Source of the DNA: an uncultured Planctomycetia bacterium
Lineage (GTDB): Bacteria; Omnitrophota; Gorgyraeia; S143-82
Length of the DNA: 64,000 bases
NCBI GenBank assembly: GCA_964469495.1
Contig: CAYXYY010000030.1
Coordinates: 10,262 to 74,261 of the forward strand
Direction of reading: 5' to 3'
Under the pieces are notes generated by a model that worked only from the letters and a program-made list of their open reading frames with translations, was not told the origin of the DNA and searched no databases. How positions within the stretch are numbered: position 1 is the first letter of the stretch; each line of letters begins with the position of its first letter. The position numbers and the translations under genes were made by a program. Of the stretch, positions 48,304 through 58,800 are shown one piece after another.

Positions 48304-49264
48304 CCAACAGCTCCTTTACCCTTGACAACAACTCATCCAAACCAAACCCTGTCTTTGCGCTGGCAATCACAACAGGGACGTCCTTTCCAAAATCCGCAAC
48401 ACACCTTTTTATCTTTCCTATATTATCCACAAGATCTGCCTTATTTAAAACAACTATTTGCCTCTTTTTGAGTATATCAGGATTATAAAGCCTCATCTCC
48501 TCATTTATCTTGGAAAATCTATTTAACAATTCCGCGCAGTCATCAATATCGGAAACGTCAATAACATGCAGGAGCATCCTTGCCCGTTCTATGTGCTTTA
48601 AGAACTTATCCCCTAAACCCCTGCCTTTGTGCGCGCCCTCAATAAGTCCGGGCATATCCGCTATTACTATCTCAAGATCAGGCAACGCCCCTATGACCGG
48701 GTTTTTTGTCGTAAAGTGATATTCCGCTGTCTTTGCGCCAGCGCCTGTCAGCGCATTAAGCAGGCTTGATTTACCCACACTTGGAAATCCTACAATCCCC
48801 ACATCGGATATATACTTGAGCTCCAGTATAAGTTCCCGCTCTTCCCCGGGCTTTGGAGGGACGACCTCTTTATCCTTTGTATAAGCATTGCCCACGCCGC
48901 CTCTGCCACCCTTTGCAACAACAACGGAATCACCAGGCTTATCAAGAGATTTCAATACCTTCCCGGAGAATGCATCTTTGACTATCGTTCCCGGCGGGAC
49001 ATTTAAAACAAGCGGGTCTCTATCCTTGCCACGTTTTCTGCTGCTACTGCCGTGCCCGCCGCGTTTTCCCTTGAAATGTTGTCTAAAATGGAAGGCCCGC
49101 AAGGTATTTAAGGATTCGTCGGCCTCAACGATTATATCAGAGCCGTCTCCCCCGCAACCGCCATCGGCCCGAGGAAACCGCATACGCCTGTTCTTGAAAA
49201 AACTGCGACAGCCCTTTCCGCCATCGCCGGCCTTGACCCAGACCTTGACAAAATCAATAGCCAT
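48290..49264 (-). CDS. obg: GTPase Obg (Obg fold plus G domain; no long C-terminal domain).
   Basis: FVKVWVKAGDGGKGCRSFFKN... glycine-rich Obg fold. G domain with GFPSVGKSSLLNALT, DMPGLIEGA and NKAD motifs. Confidence 0.9.
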   Translation of the reverse strand: MAIDFVKVWVKAGDGGKGCRSFFKNRRMRFPRADGGCGGDGSDIIVEADESLNTLRAFHFRQHFKGKRGGHGSSSRKRGKDRDPLVLNVPPGTIVKDAFSGKVLKSLDKPGDSVVVAKGGRGGVGNAYTKDKEVVPPKPGEERELILELKYISDVGIVGFPSVGKSSLLNALTGAGAKTAEYHFTTKNPVIGALPDLEIVIADMPGLIEGAHKGRGLGDKFLKHIERARMLLHVIDVSDIDDCAELLNRFSKINEEMRLYNPDILKKRQIVVLNKADLVDNIGKIKRCVADFGKDVPVVIASAKTGFGLDELLSRVKELLDGVE

Positions 49265-49273
49265 TACCGAGTA

Positions 49274-49519
49274 TTAAGCCGCAGGCTCAATAGAAACTAT
49301 TCTAGGCTTTGGGAAAGAAACTCGCCCGTCAGTCAAAGCAAATAACGTATAATCCCTTCCCATTCCAACGTTTTTGCCGGGTTTAAACTTCGTGCCTCTC
49401 TGCCTGACAATAATTGTCCCGGCCTTAACTGCTTGGCCTGCAAAACGTTTTAACCCTAAAAACTTAGGCTTACTATCGCGGCCGTTTTTGGAGCTGCCCA
49501 TTCCTTTTTTATGCGCCAT
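49274..49519 (-). CDS. rpmA: 50S ribosomal protein L27.
   Basis: [52 protein letters not shown] is a canonical L27. Confidence 0.9.
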   Translation of the reverse strand: MAHKKGMGSSKNGRDSKPKFLGLKRFAGQAVKAGTIIVRQRGTKFKPGKNVGMGRDYTLFALTDGRVSFPKPRIVSIEPAA

Positions 49520-49561
49520 AGCAAATCACCTCTCTATTAATTGATATAGGCTATACATATA

Positions 49562-49873
49562 TTATTTTGAAATCGCGCTTATCTTTACCTTGGTGATGGG
49601 CTGACGGTGGCCTCTCTTAACGCGATACTTATGCCTTCTCCTAAACTTAAAAATAACAACCTTCTTGCCCTTTTTCTGTTCCTCAACAGAGGCCTTTACC
49701 TGCGCGCCTTCTATATAAGGATTTCCAACGTAAATCTTCTCTCCGTCGGAATACATCAAAACCTTGTCAAAGACTACCTCTTTGCCTTCTTCCGCGCTTA
49801 TCTTTTCTATCTCAAGAACGCTGTCTTCCTCCACTTTATACTGCTTTCCACCCCATTCTATTACTGCATACAT
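49562..49873 (-). CDS. rplU: 50S ribosomal protein L21.
   Basis: MYAVIEWGGKQYKVEEDSVLEIEKI... is a canonical L21. Gene order rplU-rpmA-obg. Confidence 0.9.
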   Translation of the reverse strand: MYAVIEWGGKQYKVEEDSVLEIEKISAEEGKEVVFDKVLMYSDGEKIYVGNPYIEGAQVKASVEEQKKGKKVVIFKFRRRHKYRVKRGHRQPITKVKISAISK

Positions 49874-49968
49874 AATCCTACCTCCTAACGTGCCTTCACA
49901 AAATCTCTATTATAGAAAGTTTACTTTATACACCAATTTTTAAACAATTGCAATGAAAATTTATCACA

Positions 49969-50664
49969 TCACATACAGGCTGTCAAGCCGCTCAATCTCA
50001 GGACATCCCCGCCAACATAGCGCACCACAGATTCGTTATGGGAGATTAATATCATTGAAAATCCGAATTCCGTTTGCAAATCCAAGATTAAATCCAATGC
50101 CTGCTTGCGCAAAGATGCGTCCAATGCAGAGGTCGGTTCATCTAACAACAGCACCTTTGGCCTCAATATCAAGGCCTGAGCCAGCATCGCCCTCTGCGCC
50201 ATGCCCCCGCTCAATTGAAAAGGATAAGAAAACGCAAAACGCCCTTCCATTCCCATTTTCTTAAGCAAGGCAAGGGCCTCTGCATAGGCGTCCTCTTTTG
50301 TCATTTCCCTGACTAAGACGGCCGAGTCTGTTACCTGGTCTATAACCCTCATCATAGGGTTCATATAAGTTCTCGGCTGTTGAAACAAACAGGCAAACCC
50401 CTTCCCCCTGAAAACAGGACTGCCCGCAAAATCCACGCCAAGGCCTTCTATGCCAACAATCCCCTGAACCTGACTGCTTTTAGGCAGGATGCCTAATAAG
50501 GCAAACAAAATAGAACTCTTGCCTATGCCTGACGGCCCTGCAATACAAAGCCTCCCACCGCGTTTAATGGAAAAATTCAATCCATCATCAAACAACCATT
50601 TTCCTAAAACAGGCTCTGTATATCGGATATTTAGGCCCTGAACAAACAAATCGCCAACAGCCAT
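49969..50664 (-). CDS. ABC transporter ATP-binding protein (orphan; no cognate permease adjacent).
   Basis: Walker A GPSGIGKSS, signature LSGGMAQRA, and Walker B LLLDEPTSALD. 231 aa. Confidence 0.75.
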   Translation of the reverse strand: MAVGDLFVQGLNIRYTEPVLGKWLFDDGLNFSIKRGGRLCIAGPSGIGKSSILFALLGILPKSSQVQGIVGIEGLGVDFAGSPVFRGKGFACLFQQPRTYMNPMMRVIDQVTDSAVLVREMTKEDAYAEALALLKKMGMEGRFAFSYPFQLSGGMAQRAMLAQALILRPKVLLLDEPTSALDASLRKQALDLILDLQTEFGFSMILISHNESVVRYVGGDVLRLSGLTACM

Positions 50665-50676
50665 AGCGTTTTTCCT

Positions 50677-51768
50677 TTATAAAGAGGATTCTATGTTCTT
50701 CATTAAATCAGGCAGGTATTTTTTCCAAGAAAGCTCCTTTTCTATAATAGATAGGGCCTCTTCCTTATAGCTTTGCCTTGCCTTTTCGTCAGACATCAAG
50801 CGTTCAAGCACATAATCAAAGTGTTTTCTATCCTTTATATCAACGGCAAGTTCCAAGTCCTTCCAAATGCCCTTTTTGGGCAAAATGCTAACGCCGCCCG
50901 CCTTCCATATCTGCCAATACACGCTGTCCCACCCGCTCTCATTGAACACAGAAGGCAAATGAAGCACCAAAGGCACAGACTGCACCGCCTCGGCTAAGGC
51001 CTTAAAAGAAGGATAACCCAACAGAATATCTTGCATTTCCCAAGAAAACTGACTCAAACGCTTCTTCAATAAGCTTCTGTACTTCTGCATATAGTAATAA
51101 TCTATATCATCCAACAGCTTTATCTCTAAAAGAGTTCCCCGAATTATCTCAGGTAAATATGATGATACATTGTCAAAATCCGGATTGTCCATTTTAATGG
51201 CCCTCTCATACACGGACATATATTCCTGTGAATATCCCACGAAATTCCTGTCCTCATCTATTATAGATTGCCACAAAAAAATCTTATTTGACTGTGGCCT
51301 TGCAACTATTTTCTTCTGTCTTAGATATCCCATAGACAACGGCAGAAAGGACACGTTTTCCATACCAGAGCGATTTGCCAATTTCAAATACGCTTTGTTA
51401 GCAAAAGTAAACTGTTTACAATTTTTCATAATACGAAATAGCGTAATCCATCTCTTTATTGTTTCAAAAGGCAAATCCATATTAATGGAAATATATGGTA
51501 TTTCCTTGATTTCTAATAAAGGAATCTTCATCATACCGAATTCTTTAATCAGATCAAAGATATAAGAACCATAGGTAAAAATCACATCTGGCCTGTTTTT
51601 TGATAAGAAATCCTCAAACTGGGCCATATTATCCCTAAAGTAATCCAAGTTTTCCTTGAATATGATAACATTATATCCTAATCGTTCGAGTTCATATGCG
51701 ATATCCCTGTTGAGCAAGAAATCCTCTAGAACAAGCCCGGGAAAAAACATAATCTTACGTATCTTCAA
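50677..51768 (-). CDS. Hypothetical protein, possibly a CgeB/DUF3880-like glycosyltransferase-fold protein. It is in the flagellar glycosylation island.
   Basis: 363 aa with no clear motif. Its stop overlaps the start of the Maf-like gene. Confidence 0.3.
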   Translation of the reverse strand: MKIRKIMFFPGLVLEDFLLNRDIAYELERLGYNVIIFKENLDYFRDNMAQFEDFLSKNRPDVIFTYGSYIFDLIKEFGMMKIPLLEIKEIPYISINMDLPFETIKRWITLFRIMKNCKQFTFANKAYLKLANRSGMENVSFLPLSMGYLRQKKIVARPQSNKIFLWQSIIDEDRNFVGYSQEYMSVYERAIKMDNPDFDNVSSYLPEIIRGTLLEIKLLDDIDYYYMQKYRSLLKKRLSQFSWEMQDILLGYPSFKALAEAVQSVPLVLHLPSVFNESGWDSVYWQIWKAGGVSILPKKGIWKDLELAVDIKDRKHFDYVLERLMSDEKARQSYKEEALSIIEKELSWKKYLPDLMKNIESSL

Positions 51769-53672
51769 ATCAAACCTTCCTTTTTATATAGTTTCAAGGA
51801 ATCTCTATATAGGTCCAAGACGTCCTTTGAGGCCTTCATTATGCCCTCCCAAAATGCCAGTATAGTCTCAAACCTATCCTTATGAGAAACATCTTCTGTA
51901 AATGTCAGATACTTCTTTACCAGCAACGTCACCATACCTGCCAGAAGCTGGCAAAAACCTATCTCCTCCTCATAGTCCTCAAACAGTTTATCTATTATAG
52001 TATTTACCTTCAATAAATCCTGCTCCTGCCAGACGTTTTTCCTTCTCCCTTTCTTATATATCTGTTCTATTGTTCCAAATGCCTTTTTAACGTCTTTATT
52101 AAGTCCGTTATACCGCCTGATAATCTTTCTCATCTTCTTTGATATCCCCTTCATATCAATATCCGCCACAGAGTATCTCGCAAAAACCTCTGCTCTGCCC
52201 ATTATATCCATATCAGGTTGAAGGCCCTTACAGAACCTTTCGTAGGCCTCATCAGGCGGCATATTAACCGCGCCTTTTATCTTCATTCCCCTCGTCTTTG
52301 CGTCAATAACGTTTACTCTTAGAGAATCTATCATCCTTTCAAAGGTTATGCCAAAGGTAAGAAAGATGGGCTCGGTAATCACCTCCCCGCCGTCAACCGC
52401 TTCTACCCTTTCCAAAAATGTCAAACTCTTCTTCGTTGGGTCATCGCTATTTATCTTTAACAACAATTCGTTGCCTGCCCTATCTTTGACTATTGTCAAT
52501 TTTCTCTGATAAGAAACACCGGGAACGTACGCCTCATCTATATCAGGATAAGAGAGATCCTGTCCTATCAGGATAATCGGGTCCCCTCCCATATAAAATG
52601 CAAACAAAAAGGCCATATGCGATGTTGTCGGCCCTTTAACCATATTAGATTTAAAGTGAAAATACCCCTGTAAATAATGGTTATAATACGTCGTAAACAT
52701 AGGGCCTTTCCACATAGGGAATATCTCCGAATACATATCGCTATCCGCTATAAGAATAATATCCTTCATATCCTCCTCAGAAACGCCTTCATAGTGCCGT
52801 TTATTTTCAGGCGTAAAATCCATTCCTATCACAAAGTCCGGTTTAACGCCGTTTTTTAACAAAGGCTTTAGGGCAGTATCAACTGCAACGATGGGCGCCT
52901 TTCCCTTTGCCTTTTTCAAGACATCTATGGCGGTTTTCAAGGAAGGGCCCGGTGAAACACAAAAAATCGGCCTGTCTTTAAAAGCAGATAGCCAACCTTC
53001 AACGCCGGGACACTTGACCAAGTAAGGTAAATTCCTAAAGGAATTCTCCATTGTCTTAAAACTAACGACCAAGACCGTTGTCGCCATTGTACTGCTATAC
53101 ATTATATCGTCTTCCACAACCGTTTTTAACTGACTGAACTTCTCAGGGAATAATCTGGTTATGGGTTCGTAAAACATCAAAAGCGGCCGCCATAAGACCC
53201 TTGGCTGGTTTTTCTTGTTGATTATATTCATCGCCTCTATGGCAGTTGCTCCGACAACAAACGTAATGCGCTCGTCCATTATCCAACTGGTAATGTCTCT
53301 GGCAGACAAGAGCAGCCTAAACAAACTCAAATCAGCCTCCAATACATTTATACTCTCAAGACGCTCTTCCAAAAGCAGGTCTATATGATAACCAAGCCCT
53401 ATTCCAAATACAAATACCTCCAGCCTCTTTGTGAAATCATAGGATTTCACAAACCTCTCTGCCTCTTTTTCAGGGTCATATCTGCTGTGCAGGTATTTCT
53501 TTGAACCGTTATCTACAAAGACAATAGTCTTGCTTCCGTTTTGGGCATCATCCAGAACAAAACGGCCTGAGAGAGGTGTTGACTTTACCTTTTGATATAG
53601 ATTGAAGTCTTTGCTTTTAAGCGCATCTAAGTTTTTCTCCAATATAGTGTATTGTTCCACATCGCTTGGCAT
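51765..53672 (-). CDS. Motility-associated factor (Maf)-like protein with a DUF115 (MptE-like) domain. It is a putative flagellin nonulosonic-acid or glycan transferase.
   Basis: The central region FCVSPGPSLKTAIDVLKKAKGKAPIVAVDTALKPLLKNGVKPDFVIGMDF matches the DUF115 core of Maf proteins. 635 aa. It lies 5' of the fliC-fliD block. Confidence 0.6.
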   Translation of the reverse strand: MPSDVEQYTILEKNLDALKSKDFNLYQKVKSTPLSGRFVLDDAQNGSKTIVFVDNGSKKYLHSRYDPEKEAERFVKSYDFTKRLEVFVFGIGLGYHIDLLLEERLESINVLEADLSLFRLLLSARDITSWIMDERITFVVGATAIEAMNIINKKNQPRVLWRPLLMFYEPITRLFPEKFSQLKTVVEDDIMYSSTMATTVLVVSFKTMENSFRNLPYLVKCPGVEGWLSAFKDRPIFCVSPGPSLKTAIDVLKKAKGKAPIVAVDTALKPLLKNGVKPDFVIGMDFTPENKRHYEGVSEEDMKDIILIADSDMYSEIFPMWKGPMFTTYYNHYLQGYFHFKSNMVKGPTTSHMAFLFAFYMGGDPIILIGQDLSYPDIDEAYVPGVSYQRKLTIVKDRAGNELLLKINSDDPTKKSLTFLERVEAVDGGEVITEPIFLTFGITFERMIDSLRVNVIDAKTRGMKIKGAVNMPPDEAYERFCKGLQPDMDIMGRAEVFARYSVADIDMKGISKKMRKIIRRYNGLNKDVKKAFGTIEQIYKKGRRKNVWQEQDLLKVNTIIDKLFEDYEEEIGFCQLLAGMVTLLVKKYLTFTEDVSHKDRFETILAFWEGIMKASKDVLDLYRDSLKLYKKEGLI

Positions 53673-53734
53673 AAGAATATCCCCTTATTATATTGACAAA
53701 CCCCTTGTTCTCTCTTAAAATATCTCTCATTACT

Positions 53735-53807
53735 GCCGGGATAGCTCAGGAGGTAGAGCGCAGGCCTGAAAAGCCTGGCGTCCCCAGTTCGACTCTGGGT
53801 CCCGGCA
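53735..53807 (+). tRNA. tRNA-Phe (anticodon GAA), 73 nt. CCA is not encoded.
   Basis: I folded it by hand. Acceptor GCCGGGA/TCCCGGC, D-stem GCTC/GAGC, anticodon stem CAGGC/GCCTG with loop CTGAAAA, T-stem CCCAG/CTGGG with T-loop TTCGACT. It is followed by a T-run. Confidence 0.85.
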
Positions 53808-53811
53808 CTTT

Positions 53812-55368
53812 TTATTTTCTATTAATAAAGTACTCCTTCCATAACCATAAAATATGTCTCATTATAACCGGCTGTGGATAACTTTCAAACCGTTTTGTTA
53901 TCTGCCCAAATGAACACGGAAAAGGCATAGACAGGATATCCTTCAAAAGCTTCACGGACATATCCTCTCCATGCGCCTCATATAAAAACAACCCGGATTT
54001 ACCTTCCACGACATCCCTTCCAAATTCGGTTATCTCAAATTGCGCATCTTCAAACATTATGTCTTCTGTCATATAATGCGCAAAGAGTTTAGAAAAAGGC
54101 ATCTTCCACTTCACGTCCCTTTCTCCTGCCGGGTGTTCCATTGCGCCATTTTTCAACCTATCCCACAGTCTTTCGTACTGTTTTACAACCTCTTTCCAAG
54201 AAAACCTTTCCTTTACAAGTTCCAACGCGCGATTTCCCATTCGCTCTGCCAATGACCTGTCGGAAGAAATCCTGCGCATACGGTCCAGAAGCATATCAAT
54301 GGAAACCACTGTGGTTTGGGCAAACGCGAAATGCGACATATTCTCATACATAAAAACCGCTTCTCTTTCTATTTGCTCCCACACATCTAATGAAGCAATC
54401 GTATCAATCAAAAATCCTGTTTCACCATCAACAACTATTGACTTGTATCCGTCCCAATCACTTGCAATAACCGGAAGGCCGTAACTAGCGGCTTCAAGCA
54501 AGGTCAGGCCAAAGGTCTCCTGCAAATTATCGCTAAGAGAGATAAAACAATCCGCCAAGCTGTATAATAATGCCTTCTCATCTTCATTGATATCCTCATA
54601 GACCTTAACCCTGCCTGCAAGGTTATGCTTTTCTATAAACATCCTTACTATGTGGGAATAATTGCTTTCAGCCGAACTGCCGGCAATAATCATCCGCGCG
54701 TCTTTGTTTTCTTTTGATAAAAGATAAAATGCCCTAATCATTGGAAACAAATCTGCCTTACTATATTCAGATATCCTTCCTATATACAGGAAAACAAAGC
54801 TATCCTCATCATAACCAGCGCGCTGTTTTGCATCGTTTACCCGCGCGTTTTCTTCCGCGCCAAATGGTATAACATCAATATAAGGAGCAGATTTTAATCC
54901 TAAATACGCAAAGGCATTTTCCAAAACGGTTTTTGCCGTCGGACTCGTTGCAACGATAGCATCCCAACTTTGACACACATCGTATTTCATAAATTCCAAC
55001 ATAAAACGCGGATAACTAATAGAATGCGTCAGCCCAAACACAGGCACAGACCTTGCAAATACATTGCGCCAAGAAGCCACCGGTCCAATACACACGTCCG
55101 GCTGAAGAATAACCTGATAATCGTTTCTCAGAAACAGGCGTTTTGCCTCATTGCGCAAAAACACCTTTACCCTTTTTCCCCGAGCGCCGGATAAGAATCC
55201 GGCTGATTTGAAGAAATTCTCCCTTTCATATAAATCGCCCAGAAAAAAATGAACCTCATCTATTGAGGAATAATCTAGTATAGCGGATAAAAGGGATTGG
55301 TTGGCAACTGTCCTGCCATAAACACCTCTGGACTCTGATAGAGAATCAAAGCATGCAATCGCCTTCAT
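53812..55368 (-). CDS. Glycosyltransferase family 4 (GT-B, group 1) with a long N-terminal extension.
   Basis: The C-terminal GT4 motif SLSDNLQETFGLTLLEAASYGLPVIASDWDGYKSIVVDGETGFL is present. 518 aa. Its start abuts the fliS stop. Confidence 0.75.
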   Translation of the reverse strand: MKAIACFDSLSESRGVYGRTVANQSLLSAILDYSSIDEVHFFLGDLYERENFFKSAGFLSGARGKRVKVFLRNEAKRLFLRNDYQVILQPDVCIGPVASWRNVFARSVPVFGLTHSISYPRFMLEFMKYDVCQSWDAIVATSPTAKTVLENAFAYLGLKSAPYIDVIPFGAEENARVNDAKQRAGYDEDSFVFLYIGRISEYSKADLFPMIRAFYLLSKENKDARMIIAGSSAESNYSHIVRMFIEKHNLAGRVKVYEDINEDEKALLYSLADCFISLSDNLQETFGLTLLEAASYGLPVIASDWDGYKSIVVDGETGFLIDTIASLDVWEQIEREAVFMYENMSHFAFAQTTVVSIDMLLDRMRRISSDRSLAERMGNRALELVKERFSWKEVVKQYERLWDRLKNGAMEHPAGERDVKWKMPFSKLFAHYMTEDIMFEDAQFEITEFGRDVVEGKSGLFLYEAHGEDMSVKLLKDILSMPFPCSFGQITKRFESYPQPVIMRHILWLWKEYFINRK

Positions 55369-55371
55369 TCC

Positions 55372-55812
55372 TTATGCAACCTTTTTCAACTGCTCCTGGC
55401 CGCTGTTGGAAGATTCTTGATCTTGATTCTGCGTTTCTTCATTTTGCGGATTAGTCAACATCTGCGCCCATGCATCCCTTATAGCGGAAAGCCATGATAT
55501 CACTTGTTCCAAAAGCTGAGGCTCTTTTCTCAAATTCGCGACAACAGAACTCTGATAACAAAAGTTGTATATTGCGCGCAGGTTGTCCGAAATCTCTCCT
55601 GCATCATCGTTTAATGCCAAGGTAAGCTCCGATAAGATGCGTCTTGCGCGAAACAGCTTTTCATTACACATCTCATATTCCTTGTTAATCATATGCTCCT
55701 TGGCCTCTGAAAAAAACCTTATCATCCCATTATACAGGTAAAGCACTGCCTTACCGGGACTGGCCGTCTCTAAATTCATTTGGCGATAACGCGCATAGGC
55801 ATTCTTTAACAT
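55372..55812 (-). CDS. fliS: Flagellar export chaperone FliS.
   Basis: MLKNAYARYRQMNLETASPGKAVLYLYNGMIRF is a typical FliS N-terminus. 146 aa. It is immediately downstream of fliD. Confidence 0.85.
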   Translation of the reverse strand: MLKNAYARYRQMNLETASPGKAVLYLYNGMIRFFSEAKEHMINKEYEMCNEKLFRARRILSELTLALNDDAGEISDNLRAIYNFCYQSSVVANLRKEPQLLEQVISWLSAIRDAWAQMLTNPQNEETQNQDQESSNSGQEQLKKVA

Positions 55813-55826
55813 ACAACCCCCTCTTT

Positions 55827-58800
55827 TTACTTCTTGGACGAACTAGGCAATTGCGATATCTGCTGGCCAAGCCACGAACTCATAGAATTCATCTGCCCCA
55901 TCAAAGACTCCATCTGAGTAAACTGCGCATACAAAAATTCCTTTCTCTTATCTAACCTTGCCTGCAAGGATTCTATCTGCTCGTCAAATAGATCTATGTT
56001 GTCCTCGCTGGCATCTATCTCATTTGCAATAAGGCCCACCTCAGGGTCGGTCAAATATCCGAGCCTGCCATTAATACGCAGGCCTACCCCCCTTGCCTCT
56101 GTCGCCTGAACCTCAACTATTCTCGCATAGCCATCGGCTCCGGTCAATTTATTAAAACGTATCTTATCTGTGTAATACGGCAGGGAAAAATAATGATATA
56201 TCTCCTCATCCGCATTACTGGAAACGCTCATATAATCATTCCACTGATTGTTATACCAATATTGCAATGTATATCCTGTAAGGCGTTGTGAAAGACTGCT
56301 TACAGTATTTAATGTCACCTTATACAAGGATATCTTTTGCGAAAAATCCACCTCAAACCACGCATTGCTCTCATTTTGAACCGCATTTTGCCAGCCATTC
56401 ACTCCAGCGCCGAATTCGTCTTCATCTGTGTTGCCATTAATCGCATCGCTAGGACTAAATCCTGTATAGGACGACGATGCGCTTGCGCTTCCCCCATTTG
56501 CACTGGAAGCCATATTCACCTGATAACTAAACAGCCTTTCAACGGCCGCTGCATCGTCATTCAGCTTTTCCTGAAGGGTTGTCTCATCCAGTTCAAGCTT
56601 TCCCGAACTATTCATAGATATACCTATCGCGGATATATGGTTCATCGTATTCGGCAAACCGTCAACAGCGCTGTTAACCATATTAAACAATTGTGTCTGA
56701 AGTGTCATAATAGAAACGCTTCCGAGCAGGATACCTGATTCCCCTGTTTCAGTATCATAATCAATCGCATCGTCAATGTATTCCATAATACTGTTAAAAC
56801 CGTCCACAAAATCCTGAACAGCGGTGGTTATCTCCTCAAGATCTCTTTCTACTTTTAATGTAACCGGAGTATCTGACTCAGATAAAAGGGATATACTCAA
56901 ACCTGTAATCGCGTTTTTTATAGTATTACTGTGACCCGTCACAACCAAGCCTGAATTAGAATCATCCCCAACAAAGACAACGGCATCATCGGCCTTAACA
57001 GAATCGCTAAAAGTCAGTGTATCCCCGCTAAGACGGGAATCAACGACAATCCGCCCCAAAGAACCCTCATACTTGCTGGTAATGACCAGCCTGTATGGAT
57101 TTATTCCGCTTCCATCATTCAAAACATATGCGCTGACCTTATCCGTTGCATCATTGATAGAGCTTACTACATCGTCCAAATCATCGGTGCTAGACACCGT
57201 TATACTTATTTTATTTGCCCCGTCATAACTCGTATTGGCAATCCCGCTTGTCTCTTCAATGCCAAGGCTTTGAGAGACTGAATTATCCTCTATGTATAGA
57301 TACCCCTCCTCGCCTGTCGTGTCCTTTATAATCAACCCGGCCCCATTTGAATCAATGCTCGCTTCAACCCCTATGCCTGACGCGTTTATTTTATCTACAA
57401 TATCGCTCAAAAACCTGTCCGTGGAACTCACTGAGATGGTAGCAACTGCACCTGAACGGTCCGTAATAGTAAAAGAACCAGTCGTAATACCTGCAAAGTT
57501 ATTCAACGCCGCCAAGGATTTATCTCCCAAAACAGACGTCAGATATTCCCCTGTAATAGAGCTGCCTGATGAACTCGTTGCTATGCCAAGATCCTCTGCC
57601 GTATTAGAGCTGTTTATACTTGAAATAGAAAGAGTGCCTGTACCTGCGGTATTATCTGTAATTACCAAACTCAAACCATCGGAAGAAAGGCTTGCCGTAA
57701 TCCTGCCGCCATTGTCTGTGTCATTGTTTATAGCGCTTATAATATCGCCAATAGTTGACGAACCATCTATATTTACGTCAATAGTCGTACCGTCTTTTGC
57801 AATTATCCTGATGTCATCAAGTCCACTTGCAGTCCTGACACCTGCGCCATCCAGCACATAACTCAACGCGCTAGAAGTGCTCAAATACAGGATTGCATCG
57901 CCGGTAATAGTCGTGCCTGCGCTGGCGCCATCAATTCCAAGACTGGCGGCCGCGCCATTGCCGTCTATGACCCATAACTGTCCGGTTGAACCGCTGGTAT
58001 CAGTGATAAGCAGGCCCGTGCCTGCGCTATTAACTGATACACTTACGCGAAGCGCGCTCGTATTATTTATAATATCCACAACATCCTGAATAGTCCTTGC
58101 GCTGGATATGTCAATACTTGCAGTTGTGCCTGACTTGTCCCGTATCTGAAACCAAGTGCCTGATACGCCACTCTGCCCGTTTAAAAAGGCAAGCTGCCTG
58201 TCATTAATAGGGCTGAATATATCCTCCCCTGCAAGTTGGGAACTGTCTATGCCGGATGTATTCAATATACCTAAATCATCGGCCGTTGTTGAATCTATCT
58301 CATATACATAAATAGGATCGCCTCCACCGGTCGTGTCTACCAAATTAATAGCATTGCCGGTTGAATCCAAAGTTGCGGTTATTCCAATAGATGCGGCATT
58401 TATAGCATCCAATACATCCTGCACAGTCGTTGCGCTGGACAAATCTATGCTCGCGCTTGCGCCTGAACGGTCCGTTATCTTTATCCTGCCAAGAGCAACT
58501 CCCATACCGTCATTTAACTTGGACAACGCGGTTGTTCCTGATAAATAAGCGAGGTCGTCTCCGTGTTTTTTCTGTTGAACAGAAGTTGATGACTTTATGT
58601 TCAAACTTTCAGCCGTCTTGCCTCCATTCATCTCCTCTATCTTTAAATCATATGCCTCATCCCCTGTCAGATCTAGGACAATAATCCCATCCCCTGTATC
58701 ATTTACCCTTGCCAAAACGCTTATACTTGATTTATTATTGATTGCATCGATAACATCGCCTATTGTCTTGATACTCTCTTCATCACTCAAGTCAATGCTA

